Shown: one piece after another, positions 12,901 through 23,606 of the stretch | How the letters are laid out: each line of letters starts with the position of its first letter | How positions within the stretch are numbered: position 1 is the stretch's first letter | Assembly (NCBI GenBank): GCA_001724265.1 | Contig: MEDY01000660.1 | Coordinates: 1 to 64,000, forward strand | Direction of reading: 5' to 3' | From: Rhizaria sp. SCN 62-66 | Lineage: Eukaryota | Length of the DNA: 64,000 bases | The notes under the pieces: model-generated | Database searches by the model: none | Seen by the model: the letters and a program-made list of their open reading frames with translations, nothing else | Told to the model about the DNA's origin: nothing | Made by a program: the position numbers and the translations under genes

Positions 12901-15900
12901 GCGCCTTACAAGCCCTGAGGCCGGGCAGACAGACCCCGCCGCGCACGCCGCGGCGCGCCGCGCGTTCCTGCTCTTCCGCCCGCAGTTTGCGTCCCCGCGC
13001 GCGGTGCTGGCACTGCTGCTGCCGCTCATCGGCACGCACGCGGCCGCGCCCCACGCGCTGGGCCCCGACGGCGCCGCGCTGGTGCCCGTTGCGGCCGACG
13101 TCAGCGCGCCCGTCCCCACGCCCGCGGCGACGCGCGCGCTGGCGGCGTCGCTGCTGCACGACTGGCTCGCGCTGCACCCCGAGGACTTCAGCGAGCTGGG
13201 CGGCCGCCAGGCCGTGCTCGCCGCGTCCGCCGCCGTTACCGTCGCGCTGCCGCCCGCGTCCGCCGCGGCCGCGGCGGCCGTGCCCGCGCCCGCGCCCGCG
13301 CCCGGCGGCGCGCTGCCGCCCGCCGACCTGACGGCACTGCTGGGCTACATGCGCGCAGCCAACGCGGCCGCGAGCCGCGAGCTCTGCGGCGCGCCCACGC
13401 TGCCCGCCGATGTGCGCGAGCGCGCGCGCGGGCACGAGCTGCCCGAGGCCGCGCGCTCGATGGCCTACGATGATGCCGCGCTCGCCGCCGAGGACGCCGC
13501 CGCCGCCGCGGCCGCCGCGCTCGAGACCGCTGCGACTGGCGCTGCCGGTGGTCGCTCTGCTGCGGGCTTGGCGCCGCCGGTGGCCGCGACGCCGGAGCAC
13601 GCAGGCGCGCTTGAGGTGGCCGTGGCAGAGCTGCGGTGTGCGCTCGCGCTCATGCTGCGGCTGTCCAAGACCACGATGACCGAAATCGAGGCCGTCGTCG
13701 TGAACACGCCCTTCGACAACACCGCGCACGCGAGCAGTAAGCGGCTCACTGGCGCGGCGGCCGCGATGGCGCCTCCGACGGCATCGCTGCCGTCGATCAC
13801 CAGCAGCAACGCGCCGTCGGTGGCGCCCCTCGCGGTCAGCCCCGGCGCCGACCGCGCCAGCGCCCACGACGGCGACAGCGCCGACGGCGACGGCGACGGC
13901 GACGGCGGTGGCCACAACAACGTCGCCGCGCCCATGCCGATCCACGCCCCGTCCCCGCGCGCGCTCACCAGCACCGAGCAGCACAAGTCACGCCGCAGCT
14001 CCAAGCGCCCCTCAGCCGCGGGCGGCGCTGCGGGCGGCGAGTCCGCGGGCAGTGGCGGCCGCCAGCGCAGCTCGACGACTGCGACCTTGCCGCCCGATGC
14101 ACTCACGGTCGAGCGCGCCGCCGCCGCGGCCGCAGCCGCAGCCGCCGCGGACCCCGCCGGCCGCGAGCGCGCCGCCACGGCCTCGGCCATGCTCGCGGGC
14201 CCCGCCTCGGCGCGCTCCGCCGTCGGCTCTGGTTCCGGCTCTGGTTCCGGCAGTGACGAGCTGTCGCCGGTCGGTCTGGAACTGGGTCCTGCCGCCGCAG
14301 TGCTGCTGGGGTCCCCTGAGGTGGAGACTGAGGAGGCCCCGTCGCCGCTCGCGCCCGTCGCGGAGGCGTCCGCTGAGGCTGAGGCTGAGGCTGAAGCTTC
14401 CGCTGCCGCTGCCGCTGCCGCTGCTGCTGACCTTGACGCGCGCGTGCGCGCCGAGTCGGAGCACGGTCCGATCCGGCTGGGCCGCGTGCTGCCGCCGCCG
14501 CCGCCGCCGCTGCCGCCCGTCACGGCCGCGATGCGCGACAGACGCCCGCCAAACGTGCAGGTGCCGTTGCCGGTACCGCTGTCGGCCGACGCCGCCGCGA
14601 GCGCTGCGGCCGCGGCGCTGGGCAGCGCGGGCGCGCCGTCGCCCAACTCGGTCGCGCGCACCGCCGCGCTCTTCTCGTTCGGCGCCACCGCCGTGGGGGC
14701 CGCGCCCGCGTCGCCCGGGACCGCTGGGACCGCGGCGGCGGCGGCTGCTGCGACGGCGGCGGCCGCGGCGCAGAGAGAGGTCGCCGCTGCGCGCAGCTGC
14801 GTCATCTCGGCCGCGGACGGCGGCGTGTCGGTCGCGGCGCGGCGCGCGGCGCTGGAGGCGCGGCTGGCACAACACCGCGCCGCGCAGGCCGTGCTGGACG
14901 GCGGCATGCGCGCGCGCGGTAGACCGGCATTCGCGGCGCAGCTGCCGCCGCCGACGCCGCCCTCGGTCGTGTCAGTCGGCACTGGGCCCGCCAGCGCGCC
15001 AGAGCACGGACTGCCCGGCTCGCCTGCCAAGGACAACGCTGCACACAACAACGATAAGTCTGCGGCTGGCTCGCCTGCGCGTGAGGCTGCGACGACGGCA
15101 CCGGAGTCGACGGTGTCGCCTGTCTTCGATCGTGCCGCAGACATCCCCGTCACTCCTGCTACTGCTGCTGGCGCCTCAACTGCGACGGCGGTGGCGAACC
15201 AGCCGCCCACCGAGTCGAGACGCGGGTGCGAGTGGTCCTCGCGCGCGTCGCTGCCCGCTCTGTCGCCCTCCCCCGCGCCCTCGCACGCCTCGACCGCGGC
15301 CACTAGCGGCGGCGGCGGCGGCAACGCGGGGCACAAGCGCAGCAGTCGGCTGCCCGCGGCGCTGGCCGCGACGCGCGACGCCGCCGCCGCCGCCACGGCC
15401 GCCGCGGCCAGCCTGCCCGACGACGACACCAGCGACGAACACTCGCCCGGCTCCAGCCCCACTGCTGCTGCTGCCGCTGCCGCTGCTGCGGCGGCGGCCG
15501 CGAGTAAGCCCGGCACCAACGACAGCGCCGTCAACGGCGGCAGCGACCGCCTTTTTGCGGAAGCGTCCTCCCCATCGCCCGCACCCTCGGCCTCGGGCTC
15601 CGCTGGCGCAGGCTCCGCTGGCGCCTCTGCTGCGGCCTCGGCCGCAGCGTCAGCCTCCGTCTCGGCGCCCGCGTCCTCCGGTGCCGCCGTCTCCGGCTCT
15701 GCCAACGCCGTCTCCCCGAAAACGGCCGTCTCGCCCTCCGCGGCGGCGGCGGCCGGCTTCGGCGCGGTGTCCGCCGCGGCCGTGCGCGCGCGCGCGCCCC
15801 ACGCGGCGCTGCCGGCGCTGCAGTCGGTGGCGCCGCGCGCGCTGGCCGTGGAGCTCACACGGCTCGACCACGCGCTGCTGCTGCGGCTGCGCGCGCGCGA

Positions 15901-17737
15901 GTTCGTCGGCTGCGCCTGGGTCAAGAACCCCCCCACGGCGCCCGTGCTGACCGCGCTTACTGAGCTCTTCAACACGCGCTCCTTCTGGGTCACCGCGGAG
16001 ATCCTCCTGGCCGCCCCGGTCCCCGCCGCGCCCGCCGCGCCCGTGGCGCCCGCCGTGCCTGCGCTTCCGCCCGTCCCGACGCTGCCCGCGGCGCCCGTGG
16101 CGCCCGTGCCGCCGCAAATCCCTGCCGTCGTCCCACTCCCGCTCCCGCTGCCTCTGCCTCTGCCGCTGTCGCAAGGCGGTCTCGCCGGCGCCGGCGCTGG
16201 CGCTGGCGTTGGCCTCGGCGGCGGGGACGCGGCGACTGCGACGGCGACCGCGGCGGCGACGTTGCTGCCGGGCTCGCTCGCGCCCCACCCCACGCTGGCC
16301 TCCGTCCCGACCCTGGCCCACGGAAGTCACAACGCGCCCGCCAACAGGCTCAGCCCGTATCCCAACATGCTCTCGGCGGCTGCTGCGACCACCGCGACGA
16401 CTGGGGGCGCGCATGGTGTGCTGTCGGTCTCGCCTGCCCCCACGACCTCGCCCGCGCCGACCAGCTTCACCGACGCCAGCGCCGGCGCCAGCGCCAGCGC
16501 CAGCGTCAACTCGAGCGCGCAGGGCGCCGCGGGGGCGCCGTCGCAGCCGGTCTCCCCGAGCGGCTCCGCGGCCGCGCCCGCGTCGGTGCTCGCTGCGACG
16601 ACGCTGTCATGCGCGCCTTCGGCCTCGGGCGCGGGCTCTGATGCCGCCGTCGCGTCCTTCTTCACCCCTGCCATCCATGCCACCGCTTCTCCCGCCACCG
16701 CTGCCGCGCCTGCCGGCCCGGGACTGGTGCGCGCGCCCTCGTTCACGTCTCCGTCGCTCACCTCCACTGCGGCGCCGTCGGCCGTAACGTCGCCCTCGTG
16801 CGCGCTCTCCGCCGCGTCGGGCCTCAGCTCGCCCCTGGCTGCCACGCCGGTTACGGCCGCTGCTGCGCAGACTGCCGCCGCGCCCACCGCCGCGACGACC
16901 AGCGCGTCCGCTGCAACTGCTGCCGCCGCCGCCGCCGCTGCTGCTGCTGCCGCTGCCGCCGCTGCGGGCGCGATGACCGAGTACGCCGCGCCGCGCGTAG
17001 CCGCGCTGCGGTACTCGATCAGCGTGCTAGTGGAGCTGCTGCGGCTGCGCAACTACTTCTCCGCCTTCGCCGTGGGTGCCGCGCTGTCCGCGATCCCCGT
17101 CTACCGTCTGCGCCAGCTCTGGGCGCGCCTCCCCAGCTCCTCCGAGGCCTCGTACGCGCAGGCGCAGGCGCTGGTCACGGTGATGCGCAACTTCGCGCCC
17201 TACCGGCGCGCTGCGCGCGCCGCGCTGGGGCAGCCGCTGGTGCCGCACATCGCGCTGCTGTGCAATGACTGCTTCCTCATCCAGGAGGCCGCCGACGCGC
17301 GCACGGTCTTCCACAAGGCCGACGCCGCGGCGGCCGCGGCAGCAGCGGCGGACGCGGCGGCGGCGGCGGTCGCGGCGGTCGCGGCGGCTGATGCAGCGGA
17401 GACGCCCAAGCAGACCCATGCAACGGGCACGCCTGCGTCCGACACGGACTCGTCCGCGACTGCAGCTTTAACGAACGCCGATTCCTCAGCGACTTCTGCT
17501 GTTGCAGAGCCCCCCGTTGAGTTCCCCGCAGTGACTGATGTCGTGCGCCTGGCGCCGTGCATGCGGCAGTGGCGCGAGCTGGAGCCCTTGCTACTGTGCC
17601 AGCGGCAGCGCTACCACCTGCCTGAGGCCGATTTCGCGGCGGCGATGCTCGTGGCGCGCTGCCAGGAGCGCGCGCTGAGCGAGGACGAGCTCTGGGAGGT
17701 TTCGTGCCGTATCAAGCCCGATACACGCGGGGATTAA
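6947..17737 (+). CDS. Giant Ras guanine-nucleotide exchange factor (PH, second divergent PH, REM, split CDC25 domain), about 3596 codons, with one in-frame TAG at 8654-8656
   Basis: ORFs 6947-8656 and 8717-17737 share a frame and only TAG 8654 separates them. PH: VVKQGWLIKQGG..WKTWKRRWFVL..RRADWLAAV. PH2: KTRVRYAVLFANTLELYD..ARDAWFVAL. REM: RAFLLFRPQFASPRAVL..LLHDWLALHPEDF. CDC25: PRALAVELTRLDH..LTELFNTRSFWVTAEIL..LRNYFSAFAVGAALSAIPVYRL..NFAPYR..PLVPHIALL. Stop is TAA. Confidence 0.75.
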
Positions 17738-18183
17738 TTCAAGTGGATACTTCGTTTCTATAGTCACTGATTCTTTATTAAGCACAATTGTGAAGAAATA
17801 CAAATGTCTTTTCTGTTCCAATCACTCTTTTTTTTGTTCCATTACTGGACGTTTGTGGCGGACTGGTGGGCTCTCGCCCAGTCAGCCGCCTTGGCGAAGC
17901 GCGCTTGCAAGTTAAATATGTCGGTGCAATCTCCGCGAAAAGCACTGTATCTGCCTTGTCTTGTGTTGCTCGTTATGCTTGTTTTTAAGTTTGTAATTAG
18001 ACGTTTGAAATCGCTCGTCTGTGTATAGTTCTCTCGAGCTCCATTTTTCACGGCGTCGCCTTAACCCATGCTTCCTTCCTTCCCAGCGAAACCGGTCTCC
18101 TTGAACAGCGTGAACTGAGAACGGACTGATAGATCAGCGCCCAAGCACGCACCGCGGTGTTTTACTTGTTAACCGCGTTTAAA

Positions 18184-19941
18184 ATGACCCGCCGTGTCCA
18201 AAACATGCTGCTGGCGCTCGTGGCGCTTCTCGCGCTCTTTTGCCACTTCGCCTTCGCTGCCATCACGCCCGGCGGCCACGCTTCGCTGTCCGTTACGGTT
18301 GCCGAAGGCGCGAACGTCGACATGATGGCCGCATACCGTGTTGGACCTTCATTTTCTGAAGTTCTGCCCTGGACGCTTGTGCAGAACCCCTCGACGGACG
18401 GTTCCGACTTCTCCGGCTGCGCCATCAGCGCCCGCCCTGTGCGCTCCTCCTTCGTCTTCCTCGCGCTCTCCACCTGCCCCATCTCCATTGCGCTAAACAA
18501 CGCCAAGGCGCAGGGCTTTCGCGGCGTGTTGTTTATGCTTATCAGCGACGTGCAGCCCTCGGTCTTCCCCGAGACGTCTGACCTGATCGTGATGACTGTG
18601 AGCAAGCAGGCCGGCATGCGGCTCATCGACGCGCAGCTCACCGCTGCCGTCCCGCTCTCCGTGCGCGCCTACGAGCTGGACCCCTTCGACGCCTCGGGGC
18701 TCGCGCTCCTTGGCCTCGCGCTGCTCGGCTTTATTGCCTCGGCCTTCTACGGCGCGCACCGCGAGCGCCAGGTCTACTCGTTGTACAAGTCGGGCCTCTC
18801 CGGCGTCGCGGGTTCCGACGAGGACGGGCCCGCTACGCAGGGCGCTGTGGACGCCGGCCAGGACACGGCCGTCGCGCTCTCGCTGCTCGCCGTGCTGGGC
18901 TACCTTGCGCTTTCCGCGGCCTCGTTCCTGCTGCTCTTCTTCGTCCCCGCGCTGGCCCCCGCCGCGGCCGCCGGCTTCGCCACGGTTGCCGCGCTGTCAC
19001 TCTACTCGCTGCTCGTGGCCGCCGCCAAGGCGCTGGGGCTGCGCGAGCGCCTTGCCGCGCCGGGCGTTACCCTCGGCGACACGCCCGTCGGGCTGCTGAC
19101 CCTCGCGCTCGCCGCCGCCGCCGTGGCCGCCGCCGCGACGTGGCTGCTTCTGTGCGCGCTGCCGGGCGCGTGGATCGCGCAGGTGCTGCTCGGCCTCGCA
19201 GTGCTGCTCTGCGCCCAGCGCTTTGTCAAGGTCTCCTCGCTGCGCGCCGCCGCGCTTGTGCTCGTCGCCGCGGCCGCGCTGGACGTGTTCTGGGTCTACG
19301 GCGCGCCCGCGGCGCTTGGCGCGCCCGTGTTCGCGCGCCTCTCCGCCACCGACGCCGCCGCCGCGGACAACGCCGCCGCGCCCGCCGCCGCCGTACTGCC
19401 CGCGCTGCTGCGGCTCCCGCGCGCCGCCGCGCTGTCGGACCCTGCGGGCGGCATGTGGACGTGGGCCGTGCTAGCGCTGGGCGACGTCGCCGTGCCCGCG
19501 CTGCTCGCCACGCTGCTGCTCAAGCGCGACTACCTCGCCGGCGCGGGCGCGCTGCGGGGCTTCTTCCCCGTCGCCGTCGTTGGATACGTGTTGGGGCTGG
19601 TCGCGGCCGCGGGCGCCGCGCTGGCGACGCAGCAGCCGCAGGCGCCGCTGGCGTTCGTGGCGCCGGCGGTACTGCTGAGCGTGGCGCTAGCGGGCGTGGC
19701 GCGCGGACAGCTGCGCGCGCTGTGGGCTGGCGTGGGGGAGCAGGCGCGGCGCGACGGCGCGGCGGCCGTGGCGGCGCGCAAGGGCGGCAAGCTGGGCCGC
19801 GGCACGCAGCTGGACACGGGCGACGTGGAGATGGCGGGCGCGTACGGGCAACTGGACCCGCGCGACGGCGAGCTCGACATGGACAACGACCCCGACGACG
19901 GGTTCATGCACGTCGTGGGGCTGCGACCCGACGAGCTCTGA
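18184..19941 (+). CDS. Signal peptide peptidase-like (SPPL2-type, peptidase A22B) membrane protein with a luminal PA-like domain
   Basis: Signal peptide (MLLALVALLALFCHFAFA), PA-like segment (CPISIALNNAKAQGFRGVLF), multiple TM helices, and degenerate SPP motifs ALDVFWV, LALGD and QQPQAPLAFVAP. Stop is TGA. Confidence 0.8.
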   Translation: MTRRVQNMLLALVALLALFCHFAFAAITPGGHASLSVTVAEGANVDMMAAYRVGPSFSEVLPWTLVQNPSTDGSDFSGCAISARPVRSSFVFLALSTCPISIALNNAKAQGFRGVLFMLISDVQPSVFPETSDLIVMTVSKQAGMRLIDAQLTAAVPLSVRAYELDPFDASGLALLGLALLGFIASAFYGAHRERQVYSLYKSGLSGVAGSDEDGPATQGAVDAGQDTAVALSLLAVLGYLALSAASFLLLFFVPALAPAAAAGFATVAALSLYSLLVAAAKALGLRERLAAPGVTLGDTPVGLLTLALAAAAVAAAATWLLLCALPGAWIAQVLLGLAVLLCAQRFVKVSSLRAAALVLVAAAALDVFWVYGAPAALGAPVFARLSATDAAAADNAAAPAAAVLPALLRLPRAAALSDPAGGMWTWAVLALGDVAVPALLATLLLKRDYLAGAGALRGFFPVAVVGYVLGLVAAAGAALATQQPQAPLAFVAPAVLLSVALAGVARGQLRALWAGVGEQARRDGAAAVAARKGGKLGRGTQLDTGDVEMAGAYGQLDPRDGELDMDNDPDDGFMHVVGLRPDEL

Positions 19942-21009
19942 GTGTGGCGTGTGACAGCCAAGCCGTGTTGCCCTGTGTTACAGTGTGTTCAGCTTTGCGG
20001 TGGGGTTGGACTGCGGGCACCAAGTGGCGTCACGTGTTGTCTGAATGAGATGCCATGTGACGGCTGGTGTGATAACTCGCAATAACTAGGTCTTAAGCTT
20101 ATTATGATACTGATAGTCTTTGTTATGACGATAACCATGTTGTTTCTGTTTTTCTTTTGGTCTTTTTTGTTCTGCAACTGTAAATCTGACGGTTGTGTTC
20201 GTGTTAATAGTTACGTGTTGGACCGGGCTACGACAAGAGCCGGATTCAAACAAGCAACGAAACAATCAAAAGGTGCACTTTTCTCCTGTGCACCACAATG
20301 GATATTGCGTACGCACATGTTGTGGTTTTGCATGTCTCCTTTTTTAAAGTTTTTGCAAAGTTTACGTTTTCACCCCCCGTCAAGACGGCATAAGAGCGTG
20401 TGGTCGCTATGTGTCGTTTTGCTCTTTCTGTGAATGACTCTTCTCATAAGGAGGTATTTCACATAAAATCTCATTACTATTCTTTTAAAAATCATTTATT
20501 GCATAAAAATCTCCAGATTTTTTTTTAAACATCTTTTGTCTTGAACTTGAACAACTTCAATTTCGCATGTGTTAGTGCTGCTTATGAAACTCCACATTGA
20601 AGATCAACTTCGGGCGATATTTTTATCGATCGCCCGAAATGATTTCTTAAACTTTGTAATTTGAATTATTGTGCCGATCATAATTTGAATTACTAACACA
20701 AAACATTTCATCGACGCAATATAAACTTTAGAAAGGCGCGAAACAGTCACACTTGAACATCACTTGAACGGTATCAACGCAAAGTAGGAAACGAAGGCTC
20801 ACTAATAAACTTTATTGCTGCGACAAGTACAAATCGTATACATGCAGTACATGTTTTTCCGCTAATCACAAAACCACTGTGTTCACAAACATCGTAAATT
20901 ACAGTCGTAAAACACCCGTCAGTCAATCCCGACTCTGCAAGCTTCGCTTCTGCTCACAGCGTCAGCTTCTGAGGTGACTCACAGCACGTACGCCAGTCTG
21001 CGGAGGAAC

Positions 21010-22995
21010 TTACGCGCGGATGGGCTTGGTGTTCTCCTCGAGCCACTTGGCGGCGAGCGCGTCGCCGGCGACCAGCGGGCCTACGACGGCCTTGCACTCG
21101 GCGTGGTAGCTGTCGAGGTACTTGATGTCGTCCGCGGAGAGCAGCTCGACGTCGATGAGGCGGCGGTCCACGGGCACGAGCGTGAGGTTCTCGAAGCCTA
21201 AGTACTTGTCCGAGTGCTCAGCAGCCTTGCGGGTGCAGAAGACGAGGTTCTCAATGCGGATGCCGAACTCGCCGTCGTGGTAGTAGCCGGGCTCGTTAGA
21301 GAGCACCATGCCGGGCACGATGGGCGTGGTGCACATCGACCCGCCGCGGTTCATCATCGCGATACCCTGGGGCCCCTCGTGCACGTTGAGGTAGGAGCCG
21401 ACGCCATGGCCCGTGCCGTGGAGGAAGTTGAGCCCGTCGCGCCAAAGGAACTGGCGCGCAAGCGTGTCGAGCGCGGGGCCCATGGTGTTGGGCGGGAAGA
21501 TCTGCGCCGCGAGCGAGATGTGGCCCTGCAGCACGCGCGTGTTGGCGCGGCGCTGGAAGCGCGACGGCGCGCCGTCCGTCTCGGCGTCGCCGACCGTGGC
21601 GTCGGCGCCGGGGCGCGCGAGGAACACAGTGCGCGTGATGTCGGTGGTACCATCGAGGTACTGGCCTCCGGAGTCGAGCAAGAAGACCTTGCCCGTGGTC
21701 AGCGGCGACGAGGTCGTCGCACTGGGCGAGTAGTGGATCACGGCACCGTTGGGGCCGATGGAGCTGATGGTGTCAAACGACAGGCCAACGCATGACGCGC
21801 ACTCGCGGCGGAACGCCTCGAGCTTCTCCGCAGCCGAGTACTCGGTGAGCGGCGACTTAGCGATGACGTCGGCGGGGTCGGTGGCCTTGGGTAGCGAGGG
21901 CAGCTGCGCCTCGAGCCAGGCGAGGAAGCGGCACACGGCGACGGCATCGTTGATGTGCGCGCGCTTCATGCCCTCGAGCTCGGCCTCGTTCTTGATCGCC
22001 TTGGCGAGCGTGATGGGCGTCGCGTCCTTGTTGACCAGCGCGGCCTCGGTGCCCGCGGCGGCCTTGCTCACCAGCGCGCGGTCCACCGCCACCGTCGTCG
22101 TCTTGGCGTTGGTCCAGATCTTGTACTGGGCCTCGCCGGCGGCCAGACGCGCGGCGCAGACGCCCGAGAGCGTCTCCATGGCGGCGAGCGCGGCGCCGTA
22201 GGGCGCGACGGCCACACTGGCCTCGGCGAGGTGCGCGGCGACGTCGGGCGCAAACTTGTTCTCGTCGACGAAGAGCGTGGCGGCGTCAGCGGTGACGACA
22301 GCGTAGGACATGAACACCGGGTTGTAGTCGATGTCAGAGCCGCGGAGGTTATAGAGCCAGGCGACCTCGTCCAGCGCAGAGACGACGACGGCGAAGGCGC
22401 CCTGCTTGGCCATCTCCTCGCGGAGCTTGGCGAGCTTGTCGGCAACGGACTGGCCGGCGAAGGCGACGGGGTGCGTCTTGATCACGCCCGCGGGCGCGGC
22501 GGGGCGTACCTCGGTCTCACCGTCGATCTGGCCGGCTGCGGTGGGCCAGATGGCGTCGACGAGGTTGTCCGCGATCGGGGTCATCGAGACCTTCTTGGGC
22601 TGCAGCGCCTTGTCGTAGCTCTCGAGCTGCGCGAGCGAGACGAGGAAGGGGTCGAAACCGACCTTGCCCGAGGCGGTGACGTTGTCGGCGAGCCACTTGT
22701 GGATCGAAGGCACGCCGTCGGTGCCGTCCTTCATCAGCTGCCAGCACGACGCGTCGAGCTGGCGCTCGGCCTGCAGGAAGTAGCGGCCGTCAGTCCACAG
22801 CAGCGCCGCGGTGGGGGTCACCACGGCCGTGCCCGCGGAGCCGTCGAAGCCGGAGAGGAAGTCGCGGCGCTTATCGTACAGCGCGGTGTACTCCGACTGG
22901 TGGGCGTCGGCGGAAGGGATGATGTACGCGTCGATCGCGTGCTTGCTCAGCAGCGTGCGGATGCGTGCGAGACGCGCAGCGGCAGGAGTGGCCAT
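21010..22995 (-). CDS. XPNPEP1: Xaa-Pro aminopeptidase (aminopeptidase P, M24B)
   Basis: DAYIIPSADAHQSEY, FLSGFDGSAG, LWTDGRYFLQA, LDSGGQYLDGTTDITRT, HGTGHGVGSYLNVHEGP, SNEPGYYHDGEFGIRIEN. The ATG directly follows CACAG, so an upstream exon is possible. Stop is TAA. Confidence 0.95.
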   Translation of the reverse strand: MATPAAARLARIRTLLSKHAIDAYIIPSADAHQSEYTALYDKRRDFLSGFDGSAGTAVVTPTAALLWTDGRYFLQAERQLDASCWQLMKDGTDGVPSIHKWLADNVTASGKVGFDPFLVSLAQLESYDKALQPKKVSMTPIADNLVDAIWPTAAGQIDGETEVRPAAPAGVIKTHPVAFAGQSVADKLAKLREEMAKQGAFAVVVSALDEVAWLYNLRGSDIDYNPVFMSYAVVTADAATLFVDENKFAPDVAAHLAEASVAVAPYGAALAAMETLSGVCAARLAAGEAQYKIWTNAKTTTVAVDRALVSKAAAGTEAALVNKDATPITLAKAIKNEAELEGMKRAHINDAVAVCRFLAWLEAQLPSLPKATDPADVIAKSPLTEYSAAEKLEAFRRECASCVGLSFDTISSIGPNGAVIHYSPSATTSSPLTTGKVFLLDSGGQYLDGTTDITRTVFLARPGADATVGDAETDGAPSRFQRRANTRVLQGHISLAAQIFPPNTMGPALDTLARQFLWRDGLNFLHGTGHGVGSYLNVHEGPQGIAMMNRGGSMCTTPIVPGMVLSNEPGYYHDGEFGIRIENLVFCTRKAAEHSDKYLGFENLTLVPVDRRLIDVELLSADDIKYLDSYHAECKAVVGPLVAGDALAAKWLEENTKPIRA

Positions 22996-23606
22996 CTGTG
23001 TTGTCCATGGGAAACAGTGGGGATGCAGATATAGTTGAGTAGAGTCAAGGCGGACGGAGCAAAACGGAGCCAAGAGAGCATCGGCCGAAACAGAGGTCGA
23101 GTGGGTGTTTGAAAAAGAGGATAAAAAGAGTGAAAGTCGCCAAGTGAGTGAGATAGAAGTTGATTCTGGTTGAAAACTATGGTCTGTGCGTGAATCATGA
23201 TACCACATTCACTTCCAGGGCCGTGAATGATGTCAACAAAGGAGATCTAGGATGGTGCGTCGTCTCTGATGGCCGGATCAAGGAACCGACGCCATCACGG
23301 CGTCATACACCATGATGCACGTTTTCTCCAGCAGTAAAAATAATATACACACACAAGAAACAATGTGGCCACTCACGAAACATCAAGTAAATCTACTTTG
23401 GATTCGTGTTTCGTGTGTATGTTCTTTTCCAGTTGCATCCGGAGTCTGGTTATGGACCGAAGGCAGAACGACCACAAACGCAATGGAAGTGTGCGCAGAT
23501 CTATGAAAATAGGATACAGGCAGTGTATTCATGGCCCCTTCAGGCCCAGCGCAAAGCACCTTTTCGTACATAGAATAAATCACATTTTTTTAGTCAATCC
23601 CCCTTT

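Noticed and set aside
23219-23275. Possible box C/D snoRNA (GGCCG..ATGATGT..CTGA TGGCC) upstream of XPNPEP1
   Set aside because: The C box is imperfect, the element is only about 57 nt and I cannot identify a guide target. It would need snoscan or Infernal.
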